This document shows, piece by piece, positions 18,497 through 28,376 of a stretch of DNA of 64,000 nucleotides; position 1 is the stretch's first letter, and each line of letters begins with the position of its first letter. Both the position numbers and the translations under genes were made by a program. The notes under the pieces were generated by a model, which did no database searches, had not been told where the DNA came from, and worked only from the letters and a program-made list of their open reading frames with translations. The DNA is from Pedobacter sp. (GTDB lineage: Bacteria; Desulfobacterota; Desulfuromonadia; Desulfuromonadales; Syntrophotaleaceae): the NCBI GenBank assembly GCA_050253415.1, contig JBFWJC010000004.1, positions 1 to 64,000 of the forward strand, written 5' to 3'.

Positions 18497-18523
18497 TGCG
18501 TCTACCAGTTCCGCCACCCGGGC
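18497..18523 (-). pseudogene. 5' stub (27 nt) of a second, different tRNA-Leu-type gene
   Basis: GCCCGGGTGGCGGAACTGGTAGACGCA is an acceptor 5' strand plus a complete D-arm; tRNA-like sequence stops at the anticodon stem. Confidence 0.85.
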
Positions 18524-18544
18524 TTGTTTGTGAAATGGTGACCA

Positions 18545-18573
18545 ATATTAGTGGATTCGACCGTCACCGTCAA
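18545..18573 (-). promoter_or_regulatory. Sigma70-type promoter of the truncated tRNA gene
   Basis: TTGACG-N17-TAATAT, ending ~21 bp upstream of the stub. Confidence 0.65.
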
Positions 18574-19403
18574 CTCAAAAGGCAGGGTTGAAAAAAATTC
18601 AGCTGAGGCTTTTCTTTCAAAAGGTGATGCTTGACGGCTAATTCAAAAAATCTCTCCAGCCCCTGGCGATGTTGATCGGTAAATCGGTACGATATGCTAC
18701 GCCAATATGCCGCGAGCCGCTCCTTCCCCATCCAGGTTGCTTCCTGCCTTTCGCTGGCAAGCTTATCCAGGTCGGACAATGCGCGCTCCAGAGACTGCTT
18801 CAACTGGAGATAAAAAGCGGTCAACTCCGATGATTTGTGCTGGATGGCATCGCGATGAATCATCCACATAGCGAACACAAACGGCAATCCGGTATGGTGC
18901 CACCAAAGTTCGCCCAGATCATAAACATGAGGAGAGGTGGTATGTATAGCAGCCTTGAGGGCACGATCACCGATCAGTAAACCGCTCCCCCCCATGGCGA
19001 TAATCTCCTCCACCGACCGATTGTCGCAAGGCATTTCGCTCAGGGGAAAACCGTAGAATTCCAAACACAGAATGCGAAGCAGATTTATGGAGGTGGCCGA
19101 TTCGCCGGTCAATGCCACAGGAACAGCTGCCAGGTTTTCCAACGGCTTGGAGGCAAAAAGCAAAACACTTTGCACCGGACCTCTGGAGCTGATGGACAAC
19201 TCGGGCAATAGCCCATAGTTGGACCAATTACGACCGTATTCAAAGGTGGAAGACGGGCTGAGGTCGATTTTGCCTAGAGCGAGCATGGCGTTAAGGTGTG
19301 ACGGAACGCCTGCCTGAATCTGGCCACGAAATCCGACCTGATCGAGATAATGAAAAAAGGGCACACAGTTGGCGTAAGCTATATGGCCAACCTTCAAACT
19401 CAT
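18570..19403 (-). CDS. mqnA: Chorismate dehydratase, futalosine menaquinone pathway
   Basis: VGHIAYANCVP, GVPSHLN, SISSRGPVQSV, ESATS, LLIGDRAL, DLGELW..TGLPFVFA. Confidence 0.9.
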   Translation of the reverse strand: MSLKVGHIAYANCVPFFHYLDQVGFRGQIQAGVPSHLNAMLALGKIDLSPSSTFEYGRNWSNYGLLPELSISSRGPVQSVLLFASKPLENLAAVPVALTGESATSINLLRILCLEFYGFPLSEMPCDNRSVEEIIAMGGSGLLIGDRALKAAIHTTSPHVYDLGELWWHHTGLPFVFAMWMIHRDAIQHKSSELTAFYLQLKQSLERALSDLDKLASERQEATWMGKERLAAYWRSISYRFTDQHRQGLERFFELAVKHHLLKEKPQLNFFQPCLLS

Positions 19404-20926
19404 GGTTCCAGACCAAGCAGGGATTGCGACTCATCTTCAAAGTCACCGATGAAACGTACGTGCTCTTCCTCAAGCAAGCGCCCTGTAACTTTAAAGTATT
19501 GGGTTACTGCCTTATTGTAATCAGACAACGCAGCGGCATGGTCGGTCTGGGCCAAGGCATAATCCTCCTCCCCCTCCAATACTTGTCGAGTTGTCGCCAA
19601 GCCAACATCTTTACGTTTGAGCAGGGTCCTCAACTTTTCCTCGGCAAACGCCAAACCGCTGGCGGTAACATCAATTTTCTGGCGACTTACCAACAACAAC
19701 CGGATAGCGGCCTGAACCTCGGTATGCACCTGATTTTTTAACTGCCCCAGTTGGGCCTGACGGCCCTTACGTTCAAATTCGCTGCGTCGGTATTCGTGAC
19801 GGGCCTCACGATTTCCCAAGGGGTAGGACAGAGTGAGGCCGATTTCCCAGTTGCGAAACCGGTCGGAACCAAGATCGTCAAGATCATCGCTGTATTCCTG
19901 ACCAAGGCCTGCATGCCCATAGCTGGCAGCCAGGTCTAAACCCGGCAGTATGGCATTGCGTGCAATCCGACTTTGCAATTCCAGTCGCTCGATATCCCGC
20001 AGACGCCGTTGCACATCGGGGCGTTTGACAAGAGCCTGCCGGTAACCGTCTGACAGGTCGGCCTTGACCTCGGGAATACCAACCTGCTGATCAACAAGAG
20101 AGATCTCACCTTGTATGTTCAACAGCAATGCAATACCGTCGAGGCCATCTTGATATTCACGCTCAGCATCCAGAAGATCCCGCTCCCGTTGTTTCAATCC
20201 GAATTCGGCTTCGAGTTCATCGACTCTGGCCAACACCCCGGCCTTGACCCTGGCGCGGTTTTCTTTTAGCAGGCTGGCAGCCAGAGTCACGGATGCTTCC
20301 CGGTAGCGCAGGTTATCTCGCAACCTCAGTACTTCAAAATAGGCATCACGCGTATCGGCCAAGGTCAAAAAGGCAGTTTCGCGCAAGTCTTCTATGGCGA
20401 TATCGCGCCCTTTGACCGCAAACAGGATATCTTGCTCGGTTACCGTACTGCCGAAACCCTTCAGTAGCGGCTGAACCAGGCTGAAGGTCAAGGCACTCTC
20501 GTAAGAGGGATTAAGTCCAGGCGCTGGATCCTGATCCGAGCGCAGGTTGATGAACTCGAGGTTAAGATCGGCGCCAGTGGGCAGTTTTTGAGTAAACCCC
20601 AGATTGAAGCGGCGATAACGCTCTTTCGACTCGGCGCTGTAAAATGGCTGGTTGAGCCGTTGACGAGTTTCGCCTTCGGCATACTCCATGCCCAGGGTTG
20701 GGTCATACAGACCGTAGGCCTTATTAATTTCGGCGTCACTGGCACGTGTATCGTACTGCTGGGCCTGCAAATCAAGGTTGCGCTCGAGGGCCAGGCGTTG
20801 GGCCTCTGCCAAGGTCAGTTGCAAGGTGGAGGGGGAAGATTGAACATCCGTTTGCATTGGGGATTTCGCTGCCACAGGCAGACAGGCCAACAACAGCAAA
20901 ACCACAGTCACAAAAACATAACGCAT
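19400..20926 (-). CDS. TolC-family outer membrane protein
   Basis: Signal peptide, LTLAEA..LALERNLDL, QPLLKGFG, two OEP repeats. Start approximate. Confidence 0.88.
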   Translation of the reverse strand: MRYVFVTVVLLLLACLPVAAKSPMQTDVQSSPSTLQLTLAEAQRLALERNLDLQAQQYDTRASDAEINKAYGLYDPTLGMEYAEGETRQRLNQPFYSAESKERYRRFNLGFTQKLPTGADLNLEFINLRSDQDPAPGLNPSYESALTFSLVQPLLKGFGSTVTEQDILFAVKGRDIAIEDLRETAFLTLADTRDAYFEVLRLRDNLRYREASVTLAASLLKENRARVKAGVLARVDELEAEFGLKQRERDLLDAEREYQDGLDGIALLLNIQGEISLVDQQVGIPEVKADLSDGYRQALVKRPDVQRRLRDIERLELQSRIARNAILPGLDLAASYGHAGLGQEYSDDLDDLGSDRFRNWEIGLTLSYPLGNREARHEYRRSEFERKGRQAQLGQLKNQVHTEVQAAIRLLLVSRQKIDVTASGLAFAEEKLRTLLKRKDVGLATTRQVLEGEEDYALAQTDHAAALSDYNKAVTQYFKVTGRLLEEEHVRFIGDFEDESQSLLGLEP

Positions 20927-21031
20927 ATCAGCCCCCAAAAAATTATTCTTTGAATACAGCAAGGGCCGGGCACGCCGCCCGGCCCGCGCCAGTCCATCGA
21001 AGTTCTCTGCACCAACTCGGCGCGCGAGGCA

Positions 21032-22369
21032 CTAGAATACCAATGTTTCCATAAAACCGGTATTTACCGCACCTTCTTTGAATTCCTTGTTCTGCATAAT
21101 GCGTTTGTGCAGTTGAATAGTGGTTCGAATCCCACCGATAATATATTCATCGAGGGCCCGGGCCATGCGCTGGATGGCCTCTTCGCGGGTATCGGCATGC
21201 ACGATCAGTTTGGCCACCATGGAGTCGTAGTGAGGCAAAACCGTGTATTGATCGTAGACGGCGCTGTCCACGCGCACACCAAGTCCGCCGGGAGTATGAT
21301 ATCCCTCAATTTTTCCTGGAGAAGGGGTAAATTTAAAGGGGTGTTCAGCGTTGATCCGACACTCGATCGAGTGGCCTTTAATCTGGATATCCGATTGCTT
21401 GTACCTCAACGGCAACCCCGCTGCGGAACGGATCTGCTCTTTAATGATATCAACACCGGTAATCATCTCGGTAACCGGATGTTCGACCTGAACACGGGTA
21501 TTCATCTCCATGAAATAAAAATCGCCGTTGCCATCTAGCAAAAACTCCATGGTACCTACACTGGAGTAATTGCAGGCTTTAGCTGCTGCAACGGCGCAGT
21601 CCCCCATACGCTTACGCTGCTCGTCGGTCAATACCGGACAAGGGGCCTCTTCAAGGAGCTTCTGATGACGACGCTGAATGGAACAATCGCGCTCACCAAG
21701 GTGAATAACATTGCCATGTTTGTCGGCCAGAATCTGGACCTCAACGTGGCGCGGATTTTCGCAATATTTTTCGATGTAAACTTCCGGGTTTCCGAAACCG
21801 GCCTGTGCTTCTGAACGGGCTGCGGCAAAGGCATTAGCCAAAGACGCCGGGGAGTGAACGACTTTCATCCCCCTACCCCCGCCACCTGCAGTAGCTTTAA
21901 TGATCACCGGATAACCGATGCCATCGGCGATCTGGCGCGCCTGCTCGACCGTGGGAACGCCTTCAGTGGTACCGGGCAAGATGGGTACTCCGGCCTTGGT
22001 AACGGTCTGGCGGGCGCTGATCTTATCGCCCATCAGGCGCATATTTTCCGGCGAAGGGCCGATAAAGGTGATCCCGCATTCCTCGCAAATCTCAGCGAAT
22101 TCAGCGTTTTCAGCAAGAAAACCGTAACCGGGATGAATGGCTTCGGCATCGGTAACTTCTGCGGCACTGATAATGGCTTTAATATTAAGATAGCTGGCCC
22201 CACTGGGTGCCGGCCCTATGCAGATGCTTTCATCGGCCAATTTAACATGCAGGGACTCACCGTCCACATCGGAATGCACCGCAACGGTTTTAATGCCCAG
22301 TTCCTTACAGGCTCGAATAATGCGCAGGGCGATCTCGCCACGATTGGCAATGAGTATCTTGTGAAACAT
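21032..22369 (-). CDS. accC: Acetyl-CoA carboxylase, biotin carboxylase subunit
   Basis: [41 protein letters not shown]. Confidence 0.97.
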   Translation of the reverse strand: MFHKILIANRGEIALRIIRACKELGIKTVAVHSDVDGESLHVKLADESICIGPAPSGASYLNIKAIISAAEVTDAEAIHPGYGFLAENAEFAEICEECGITFIGPSPENMRLMGDKISARQTVTKAGVPILPGTTEGVPTVEQARQIADGIGYPVIIKATAGGGGRGMKVVHSPASLANAFAAARSEAQAGFGNPEVYIEKYCENPRHVEVQILADKHGNVIHLGERDCSIQRRHQKLLEEAPCPVLTDEQRKRMGDCAVAAAKACNYSSVGTMEFLLDGNGDFYFMEMNTRVQVEHPVTEMITGVDIIKEQIRSAAGLPLRYKQSDIQIKGHSIECRINAEHPFKFTPSPGKIEGYHTPGGLGVRVDSAVYDQYTVLPHYDSMVAKLIVHADTREEAIQRMARALDEYIIGGIRTTIQLHKRIMQNKEFKEGAVNTGFMETLVF

Positions 22370-22540
22370 GGGAATAACGACTCCTGATGAATCCACCCGC
22401 CGGGGCGGATAACCTAGAGGCTGCCTTGCGTGCGGCTTTTAACCAGTCTGATCGAAGTGTCGCGCAACATATGCAACGGCGGAAGCACTGCTAACGAAGG
22501 ATGCAGACCGGAACCCACGGGGCACGAACGGGCTTCCGAT

Positions 22541-23005
22541 TTATATGGGCTCAACCAGAAACAAAGGATCCCCATACTCGACAGGTTGGGCATTCTCCTT
22601 GAGAATTTTCACAATCCTGCATTTAAAATCGGCCTCAACTTCATTCATAAGTTTCATGGCCTCGATAATACACAGTGTTTGGCCTTTTTCGACAACAGTA
22701 CCAATTTCAACATAGTTGTCTGAATCGGGTGACGGTGCCCGGTAAAAGGTTCCAACAATGGGGGATTCGATGGTTTCAAAACCATCATCGACAGTTTCTA
22801 CAGCAGCAACCGCAGCAACAGGCCCTGCGGATACAGGCGCGGCGGGCGCACTCATGACCACAGGAGCAGCAGCCATTGCTGGCGCGGCGGCAACAACCTG
22901 GCCGCGACGGATAACAATACGTTCTTCTCCCTGCTCCCACTCAAATTCACTGATATCGGTAGTGGTTACCATTTTGATCAGGGTTCTCAGGTCTTTGATA
23001 TCCAT
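22541..23005 (-). CDS. accB: Biotin carboxyl carrier protein
   Basis: SPIVGTFYRAPSP, EAMKLMNE biotinylation motif. Confidence 0.97.
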   Translation of the reverse strand: MDIKDLRTLIKMVTTTDISEFEWEQGEERIVIRRGQVVAAAPAMAAAPVVMSAPAAPVSAGPVAAVAAVETVDDGFETIESPIVGTFYRAPSPDSDNYVEIGTVVEKGQTLCIIEAMKLMNEVEADFKCRIVKILKENAQPVEYGDPLFLVEPI

Positions 23006-23098
23006 AAGGACTAGCCTCCTTGCACCAAATGAAAAGTTTTTACGACCGCAGGACGGTTCTTCCTCCCTACCCTTGCGGCCGTTACGTCTTGATACGTC

Positions 23099-24175
23099 TC
23101 ACATCATTATTGAGGAAAATTGTTTAGGAATGGAAGTCAGGCGTTCATACCCCCCCGCAGTTACCAAAACGGTATCCTCCAACCGCACTCCTCCCAGTTC
23201 AGGAATGTAAATCCCCGGTTCAACTGTAAAAACCATACCTTCTACGGCAATATCTTCAGAACGTCCCGATACAACTGGAAACTCATGAACTTCCAACCCA
23301 ACACCGTGCCCAAGACCATGGCCAAAATAGTCACCAAAACCCCGGTCAGCGATGTAAAGCCGGGCAGTATCATCGATGTCCTTAAGTGAAACGCCAGGCC
23401 TGATAGCAGCCAGGGCCAATTGCTGGGCCTCAAAAACAGTGTCGTAAACTTCGCGCAGGCGTGACGACACGTTCCCCAATGCCAAAGTTACCGTTTCATC
23501 AGAACAATATCCCTGCCAGCGGGCACCAAAATCAAAGGTTATCAATTCACCGTTTTGGAGGCGACGGTTGCTTGCCACACCATGAGGCAGTGCACCGCGC
23601 TCTCCTGAAGCCACAATGAATGGAAACGATTTTTCTTCAGCCCCGCGGCGTCGCATGGCAAACTCAAGAGCCAGTGCGATGTCACGTTCTACAGCCCCTG
23701 GGTGGATTTTAGCACGAATCTCATCAAAAGCTTCGCCAGCAATTCGGGCCGCCTGTTTCATGATTGCGATTTCACCAGGTTCCTTAATCCCACGCAACCC
23801 CTTAAAGGCTTTAGGCAGGGGACGCCACTCGCAACCGGTGGGTGAACTTTTACGCAAGTCCTGAAAGTTTCCGTAACTCAGACTCTCTCCGTCAAAGCCG
23901 ACTATGTGCGCACCCAACTCACCAAGAAGAACAGCGATACCCTCCGTCTTTCCACGGTGCTGGACAATCCGATCGGCGGTAACTTCCTGATGAGCTTGGC
24001 TGGTATATCGGGAATCGGTTAGAAACGCAACGACTTCGTCCGTCACCAGCAATGCACCATCTGACCCTGTAAAGCCACAGAAATAACGCAAACTCGGCAA
24101 ATCCGTGAACAGGACGGTATCAATACCGTTTTTCTGAAGCATTTCCCGCAGTTTTTGAACCCTGAAATTTACCAT
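23099..24175 (-). CDS. Xaa-Pro aminopeptidase (M24)
   Basis: DFGA....YCSD.T, HGLGHGVGLEVHE, EPGIY, GVRLED. Confidence 0.94.
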   Translation of the reverse strand: MVNFRVQKLREMLQKNGIDTVLFTDLPSLRYFCGFTGSDGALLVTDEVVAFLTDSRYTSQAHQEVTADRIVQHRGKTEGIAVLLGELGAHIVGFDGESLSYGNFQDLRKSSPTGCEWRPLPKAFKGLRGIKEPGEIAIMKQAARIAGEAFDEIRAKIHPGAVERDIALALEFAMRRRGAEEKSFPFIVASGERGALPHGVASNRRLQNGELITFDFGARWQGYCSDETVTLALGNVSSRLREVYDTVFEAQQLALAAIRPGVSLKDIDDTARLYIADRGFGDYFGHGLGHGVGLEVHEFPVVSGRSEDIAVEGMVFTVEPGIYIPELGGVRLEDTVLVTAGGYERLTSIPKQFSSIMM

Positions 24176-24190
24176 AAATTTATTTTACAC

Positions 24191-24649
24191 TCAATAACTC
24201 TGGCAAAGCCGGGAGCAAAGACCACGCAGAGCCAGCTCATATCCTGCGGCCCCAAATCCACAAAGCTGAGCAAGTGCTATGGGCGCAACATACGAATGCT
24301 GACGAAAAGATTCGCGAGAATGGATATTGGAGAGATGAACCTCAACGGTCGGGATGTGAACCGCGGCCAGAGCATCCCGCAATGCTACGCTGGTATGCGT
24401 ATAGCCTGCAGGATTGATGATAATGCCATCGATCCCATCAAGCCGCGCCTGATGAATACGGTCGATAAGCTGCCCCTCGTGGTTCGATTGATAGAATGCG
24501 AGATCCACACCCAATTCCTGCGCGACGAGAAGCAGGCCGCTATGAATATCATCCAGAGTTTCCCTGCCATAGACATCGGGTTCGCGCGTACCAAGCAGAT
24601 TCAGGTTGGGTCCCTGAAGCACCAGGATACGTACACGCGCAGACGTCAT
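24191..24649 (-). CDS. aroQ: Type II 3-dehydroquinate dehydratase
   Basis: [35 protein letters not shown]. Confidence 0.97.
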   Translation of the reverse strand: MTSARVRILVLQGPNLNLLGTREPDVYGRETLDDIHSGLLLVAQELGVDLAFYQSNHEGQLIDRIHQARLDGIDGIIINPAGYTHTSVALRDALAAVHIPTVEVHLSNIHSRESFRQHSYVAPIALAQLCGFGAAGYELALRGLCSRLCQSY

Positions 24650-25005
24650 GCCAGAGCCTCACGAAGGCGGCTTGATTCTTTCGCCAACAGATACCGAGCT
24701 TTGCCAAAATTGCCATCACGCCGCAAAGTCAGTGTAACAAAGTAATCATCTGTCAATGCACGGATCAATACAGTGAACCGTTCTGTGCGAATGGCGACCT
24801 CTTCCATCTCGCCGGTTTCGAGTATTTCAACAGTCTTTTTGATTTCCTTCAAGACATTGGCGTATTCCACGGCTACCAATTGAAGATCAATGTCTTCACA
24901 AGGCTTTTCGTACTGATCGATAGCAATACCATCATAACCCATCAACGCCGAACTGATACCGCCGCCGGACTGATCAACAATGTCCTGCAAAATGCTTTTG
25001 AACAT
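24646..25005 (-). CDS. Roadblock/LC7 domain protein
   Basis: [10 protein letters not shown]...GNFGKARY; 119 aa. Confidence 0.85.
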   Translation of the reverse strand: MFKSILQDIVDQSGGGISSALMGYDGIAIDQYEKPCEDIDLQLVAVEYANVLKEIKKTVEILETGEMEEVAIRTERFTVLIRALTDDYFVTLTLRRDGNFGKARYLLAKESSRLREALA

Positions 25006-25780
25006 GCTCTCTCCTTACCTGGATGGCTGTCAACCAGCGCTGCAATACAGCAACAACATCACTCGGCGACTCCGGCATAACATCTTCGACAATCGTATTT
25101 GGCGTTTCCGATGGAAAACCCTCTACCGGGGTAGGCGATTTTTCAGCCAACAAAGCTTCAACCCTGTTCAGCCGGTCTCTGACGGAATCGTCATCAGGTT
25201 GCGCTTCAAGCAATTCACGATATATGGCTTGAGCCTTATCCAAATATCCCTGTTTGACATAAAGATCGGCAACTGTCGCCGTAGCGAAAAGGGGTTCAGG
25301 TGTGGAAGCGGGCTCAATGGCATCTTCATCCATTTCAGAAGAAACAACTTCTACAGCGAGCGGCTTCAGGGATCGGTGCAGATTTGCGAGAACCGGGTCA
25401 TCCGGAGAAAGCTCGACAGCACGGGCAAGAAGACTGCAAGCTTGTTCCCTGTCACCCCGGAGAACGCATAATTTCGCCAGGTTTTTGAGGGCGGCGATAC
25501 TTTCAGCATCTATCTCAAGAGCCTTACGAAAAGATTGTGCAGCACGATCCAACTCACCACATTGCATTTGTGCACGGCCAAGAACCACATACCCTGGACC
25601 AAAAAACGGCAGAGCTTCTATCCCGTGGCGGGCGACGGAAAGGGACTCTTCCAACATCCCAAGATTCCGGTAGGCATCGCTGAGTGGAACAAACGTAGTA
25701 GAATGAGGATCTTTACGAAGAATTTCCAGGTATCCTGCAATTTTGCCTAATAGCTGCTGTGCCTGTTCCTTTGTCATCAA
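24974..25780 (-). CDS. Tetratricopeptide repeat protein
   Basis: TPR helices; TATVADLYVKQGYLDKA..IY motif. Confidence 0.85.
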   Translation of the reverse strand: MMTKEQAQQLLGKIAGYLEILRKDPHSTTFVPLSDAYRNLGMLEESLSVARHGIEALPFFGPGYVVLGRAQMQCGELDRAAQSFRKALEIDAESIAALKNLAKLCVLRGDREQACSLLARAVELSPDDPVLANLHRSLKPLAVEVVSSEMDEDAIEPASTPEPLFATATVADLYVKQGYLDKAQAIYRELLEAQPDDDSVRDRLNRVEALLAEKSPTPVEGFPSETPNTIVEDVMPESPSDVVAVLQRWLTAIQVRREHVQKHFAGHC

Positions 25781-25796
25781 TCCACCTGCCCTGGTG

Positions 25797-26885
25797 TTAA
25801 ATATCGTTCAATGCCTCGGCGAACAACACGGCCGGATCAGCGATCTCCTGTACCAGACAATCCCCTATTCCTTTATTCAACACCAACCGTAAGGTACCTT
25901 TTTGAACTTTCTTGTCGCGCATCATAGCTTCAAGGTAGGCATCAAGAGGATAGAGCGGAGGGGTAACCGGAAGATCAAAGGCCTGCAAAAGATTTCGGAT
26001 GGCAGCAACATCATCCGCGGAACAGAGTCCCAAGCGGCGAGAAATAGAAGCTACGACCATCATACCAACCGCGACGGCTTCACCATGCCTGAAGGTGTTA
26101 TATCCTGACAGGTTCTCGATAGCATGACCGAAGGTATGACCAAAATTGAGAATGGCACGCAAACCACCCTCTTTTTCATCAACTTCTACAATATTCGCTT
26201 TAATTTGGCAAGCCTTCTTTACCGCACTGATCAACGTCTCCGTGTCACGTTTTAGTAAAGCTTGGCGATGTTTTAGCAACCAATCAAAAAAGTCTCTATC
26301 ACGGATAATTCCATATTTGATAACTTCCGCCATGCCAGTGGAAAACTCTCGAGCATCCAGGCTTTCCAATGTCTCGACATCGATATGAACATGGCGCGGC
26401 TGATAAAATGCACCAATAAGGTTTTTGCCTTGCGGATGATTAATAGCTGTCTTGCCTCCGATGGAACTGTCCACCTGAGCCAGCAAGGTTGTGGGCACCT
26501 GAACATACGGGATTCCCCGCAAAAAAGTTGCAGCGGCAAAACCTGCCATATCCCCAGTAACGCCACCTCCCAAGGCAATAAGACCACAATGGCGATCAAA
26601 CCCTTGGGCGATGAGACCATCAAATATGGTCTGCAAGGTTGTCCAGGTTTTATGTTCTTCCCCATCAGGCAGTACGATGAGATGCGTTTCGTAGCCAGCT
26701 TCGTTTAGTGACCCGGCAAGCATTGAGCCATACAAGGACTGCACAACAGGATTTGTGACAATGGCAACTTTACGGGGAAATTTAGCATCATGCAAAGCTT
26801 CTGGCAGTCGCCTGAGGATTCCCCCACCTATCCAGATAGGGTAACTTCGTTCTCCAAGGCCAACAATCATCCTTTTCAATTTCAT
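25797..26885 (-). CDS. aroB: 3-dehydroquinate synthase
   Basis: GGGVTGD, PTTLLAQVDSSIGGKT, LNFGHTFGHA. Confidence 0.97.
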   Translation of the reverse strand: MKLKRMIVGLGERSYPIWIGGGILRRLPEALHDAKFPRKVAIVTNPVVQSLYGSMLAGSLNEAGYETHLIVLPDGEEHKTWTTLQTIFDGLIAQGFDRHCGLIALGGGVTGDMAGFAAATFLRGIPYVQVPTTLLAQVDSSIGGKTAINHPQGKNLIGAFYQPRHVHIDVETLESLDAREFSTGMAEVIKYGIIRDRDFFDWLLKHRQALLKRDTETLISAVKKACQIKANIVEVDEKEGGLRAILNFGHTFGHAIENLSGYNTFRHGEAVAVGMMVVASISRRLGLCSADDVAAIRNLLQAFDLPVTPPLYPLDAYLEAMMRDKKVQKGTLRLVLNKGIGDCLVQEIADPAVLFAEALNDI

Positions 26886-26981
26886 TACACCAAATCCCAC
26901 AAAAGTTACCAGTTATAACTTCACTCTTTATCTATACCGGCTATGTAGCCTGCGGACTAACCTAGCTTCACACCTTTATTA

Positions 26982-27080
26982 ACCACAAAGATCACGAAGA
27001 AAATACAAACAATTTCATGTTTTGTTTAGACATAGACCAGGTTTTTGTACTAACTTCGAGTCCTTCGTGTACTTTGTGGT
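26982..27080. repeat. ~100-bp element with 19-bp imperfect terminal inverted repeats (REP/MITE-like)
   Basis: ACCACAAAGATCACGAAGA ... CCTTCGTGTACTTTGTGGT. Confidence 0.65.
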
Positions 27081-27117
27081 GACAAGACTGCCCCGTATAG
27101 CCGAAGCCAACAGAAGC

Positions 27118-28281
27118 TTAAAAACTCTGCACATACTCGCAGTAGGCCCGCATATTCTGTTTAATTTCTTCCATGGCATCGCCACCAAATTTTTCAAGCA
27201 TAACCTGGGCCATTTCTATAGCCACAGCAGCCTCCGCAACGACGGCAGCCGCAGGTACCGCACAGACATCAGACCTTTCCACAACAGCAGCAAAAGCATT
27301 CTTGGTACGCAAATCAACGGTCTGCAAGGGCTGGTAAAGTGTTGGTATCGGTTTCATGGCACCCCGCACAACGATAGGAGCCCCGTTAGTCATACCACCT
27401 TCCAGTCCCCCAGCACGGTTTGTCTTCCGAATAAATTGGTCGCCATGATAAAAAATCTCATCATGCACCTGCGATCCAGGACGGCGGCCGACCTCGAAGC
27501 CAAGGCCGACTTCGACACCCTTAAAGGCCTGAATACTCATAACGGCGTAAGCCAGACGACCATCAAGCCGACGGTCCCATTGCACGTAGCTGCCAAGACC
27601 AACCGGGGCACCCAGGACCACGACTTCCACAATCCCACCAAGAGAATCACCAGCTTCCCGGGCCTGATCGATAGCATCAATCATACGCCGCTCAGCATCA
27701 GCGTCAAAAGTACGGCATGGCGACTCTTCACTCAGCGCAAAACGTTCCCTGAAATCTTCAAGAGAAGGGTCCGCAACGACACCACCTATTTCAGTGACAT
27801 AACCAAGAACCGAAATGCCAAGATCTGCGAGAAACTTTTTACAAAGAGCACCAACGGCCACACGCGCTGCCGTTTCACGGGCACTGGAACGCTCCAACAC
27901 ATTCCGAGCATCGTCTTGTCGATATTTAATCACCCCACTGAGATCGGCATGACCCGGGCGGGGATGCGTTATAGCTATCCCCTCGACAAAATCATCCGCC
28001 TCAGGGGACATTTTCTTATTCCAGTTTTCCCAGTCCCGATTCTGAATTGAAAGGGTGATAGGCGAGCCAAGGGTTTTACCCCAACGTACTCCTGAGAGAA
28101 AACTCGCTTGATCTTTTTCGATCAGCATACGACCGCCGCGCCCGTACCCCTGCTGGCGACGCGCAAGATCCCGATTAATGTCCCCCTCTTCCAATTCCAA
28201 ATTGGCAGGCATCCCCTCGACGATAGCCGTCAGCGTAGGCCCATGGGACTCTCCAGCAGTCAAAATGCGTAACTTGTTCAT
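27118..28281 (-). CDS. aroC: Chorismate synthase
   Basis: [29 protein letters not shown]. Confidence 0.97.
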   Translation of the reverse strand: MNKLRILTAGESHGPTLTAIVEGMPANLELEEGDINRDLARRQQGYGRGGRMLIEKDQASFLSGVRWGKTLGSPITLSIQNRDWENWNKKMSPEADDFVEGIAITHPRPGHADLSGVIKYRQDDARNVLERSSARETAARVAVGALCKKFLADLGISVLGYVTEIGGVVADPSLEDFRERFALSEESPCRTFDADAERRMIDAIDQAREAGDSLGGIVEVVVLGAPVGLGSYVQWDRRLDGRLAYAVMSIQAFKGVEVGLGFEVGRRPGSQVHDEIFYHGDQFIRKTNRAGGLEGGMTNGAPIVVRGAMKPIPTLYQPLQTVDLRTKNAFAAVVERSDVCAVPAAAVVAEAAVAIEMAQVMLEKFGGDAMEEIKQNMRAYCEYVQSF

Positions 28282-28305
28282 CTATCCATCCCGTCAACAT
28301 GATAA

Positions 28306-28333
28306 AAAAGGACAGGCAAAGCACCTGTCCTTT
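28306..28333 (-). terminator. Putative terminator after pilQ
   Basis: AAAGGACAGG-CAAAGCA-CCTGTCCTTT hairpin. Confidence 0.6.
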
Positions 28334-28376
28334 AGTTTTTCAAGTTTTAGAGAATAGCGAAATATTGGGCGTTTGG

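Noticed and set aside
27022..28050. 342-aa plus-strand ORF
   Set aside because: Antisense shadow of aroC with no recognisable motifs.
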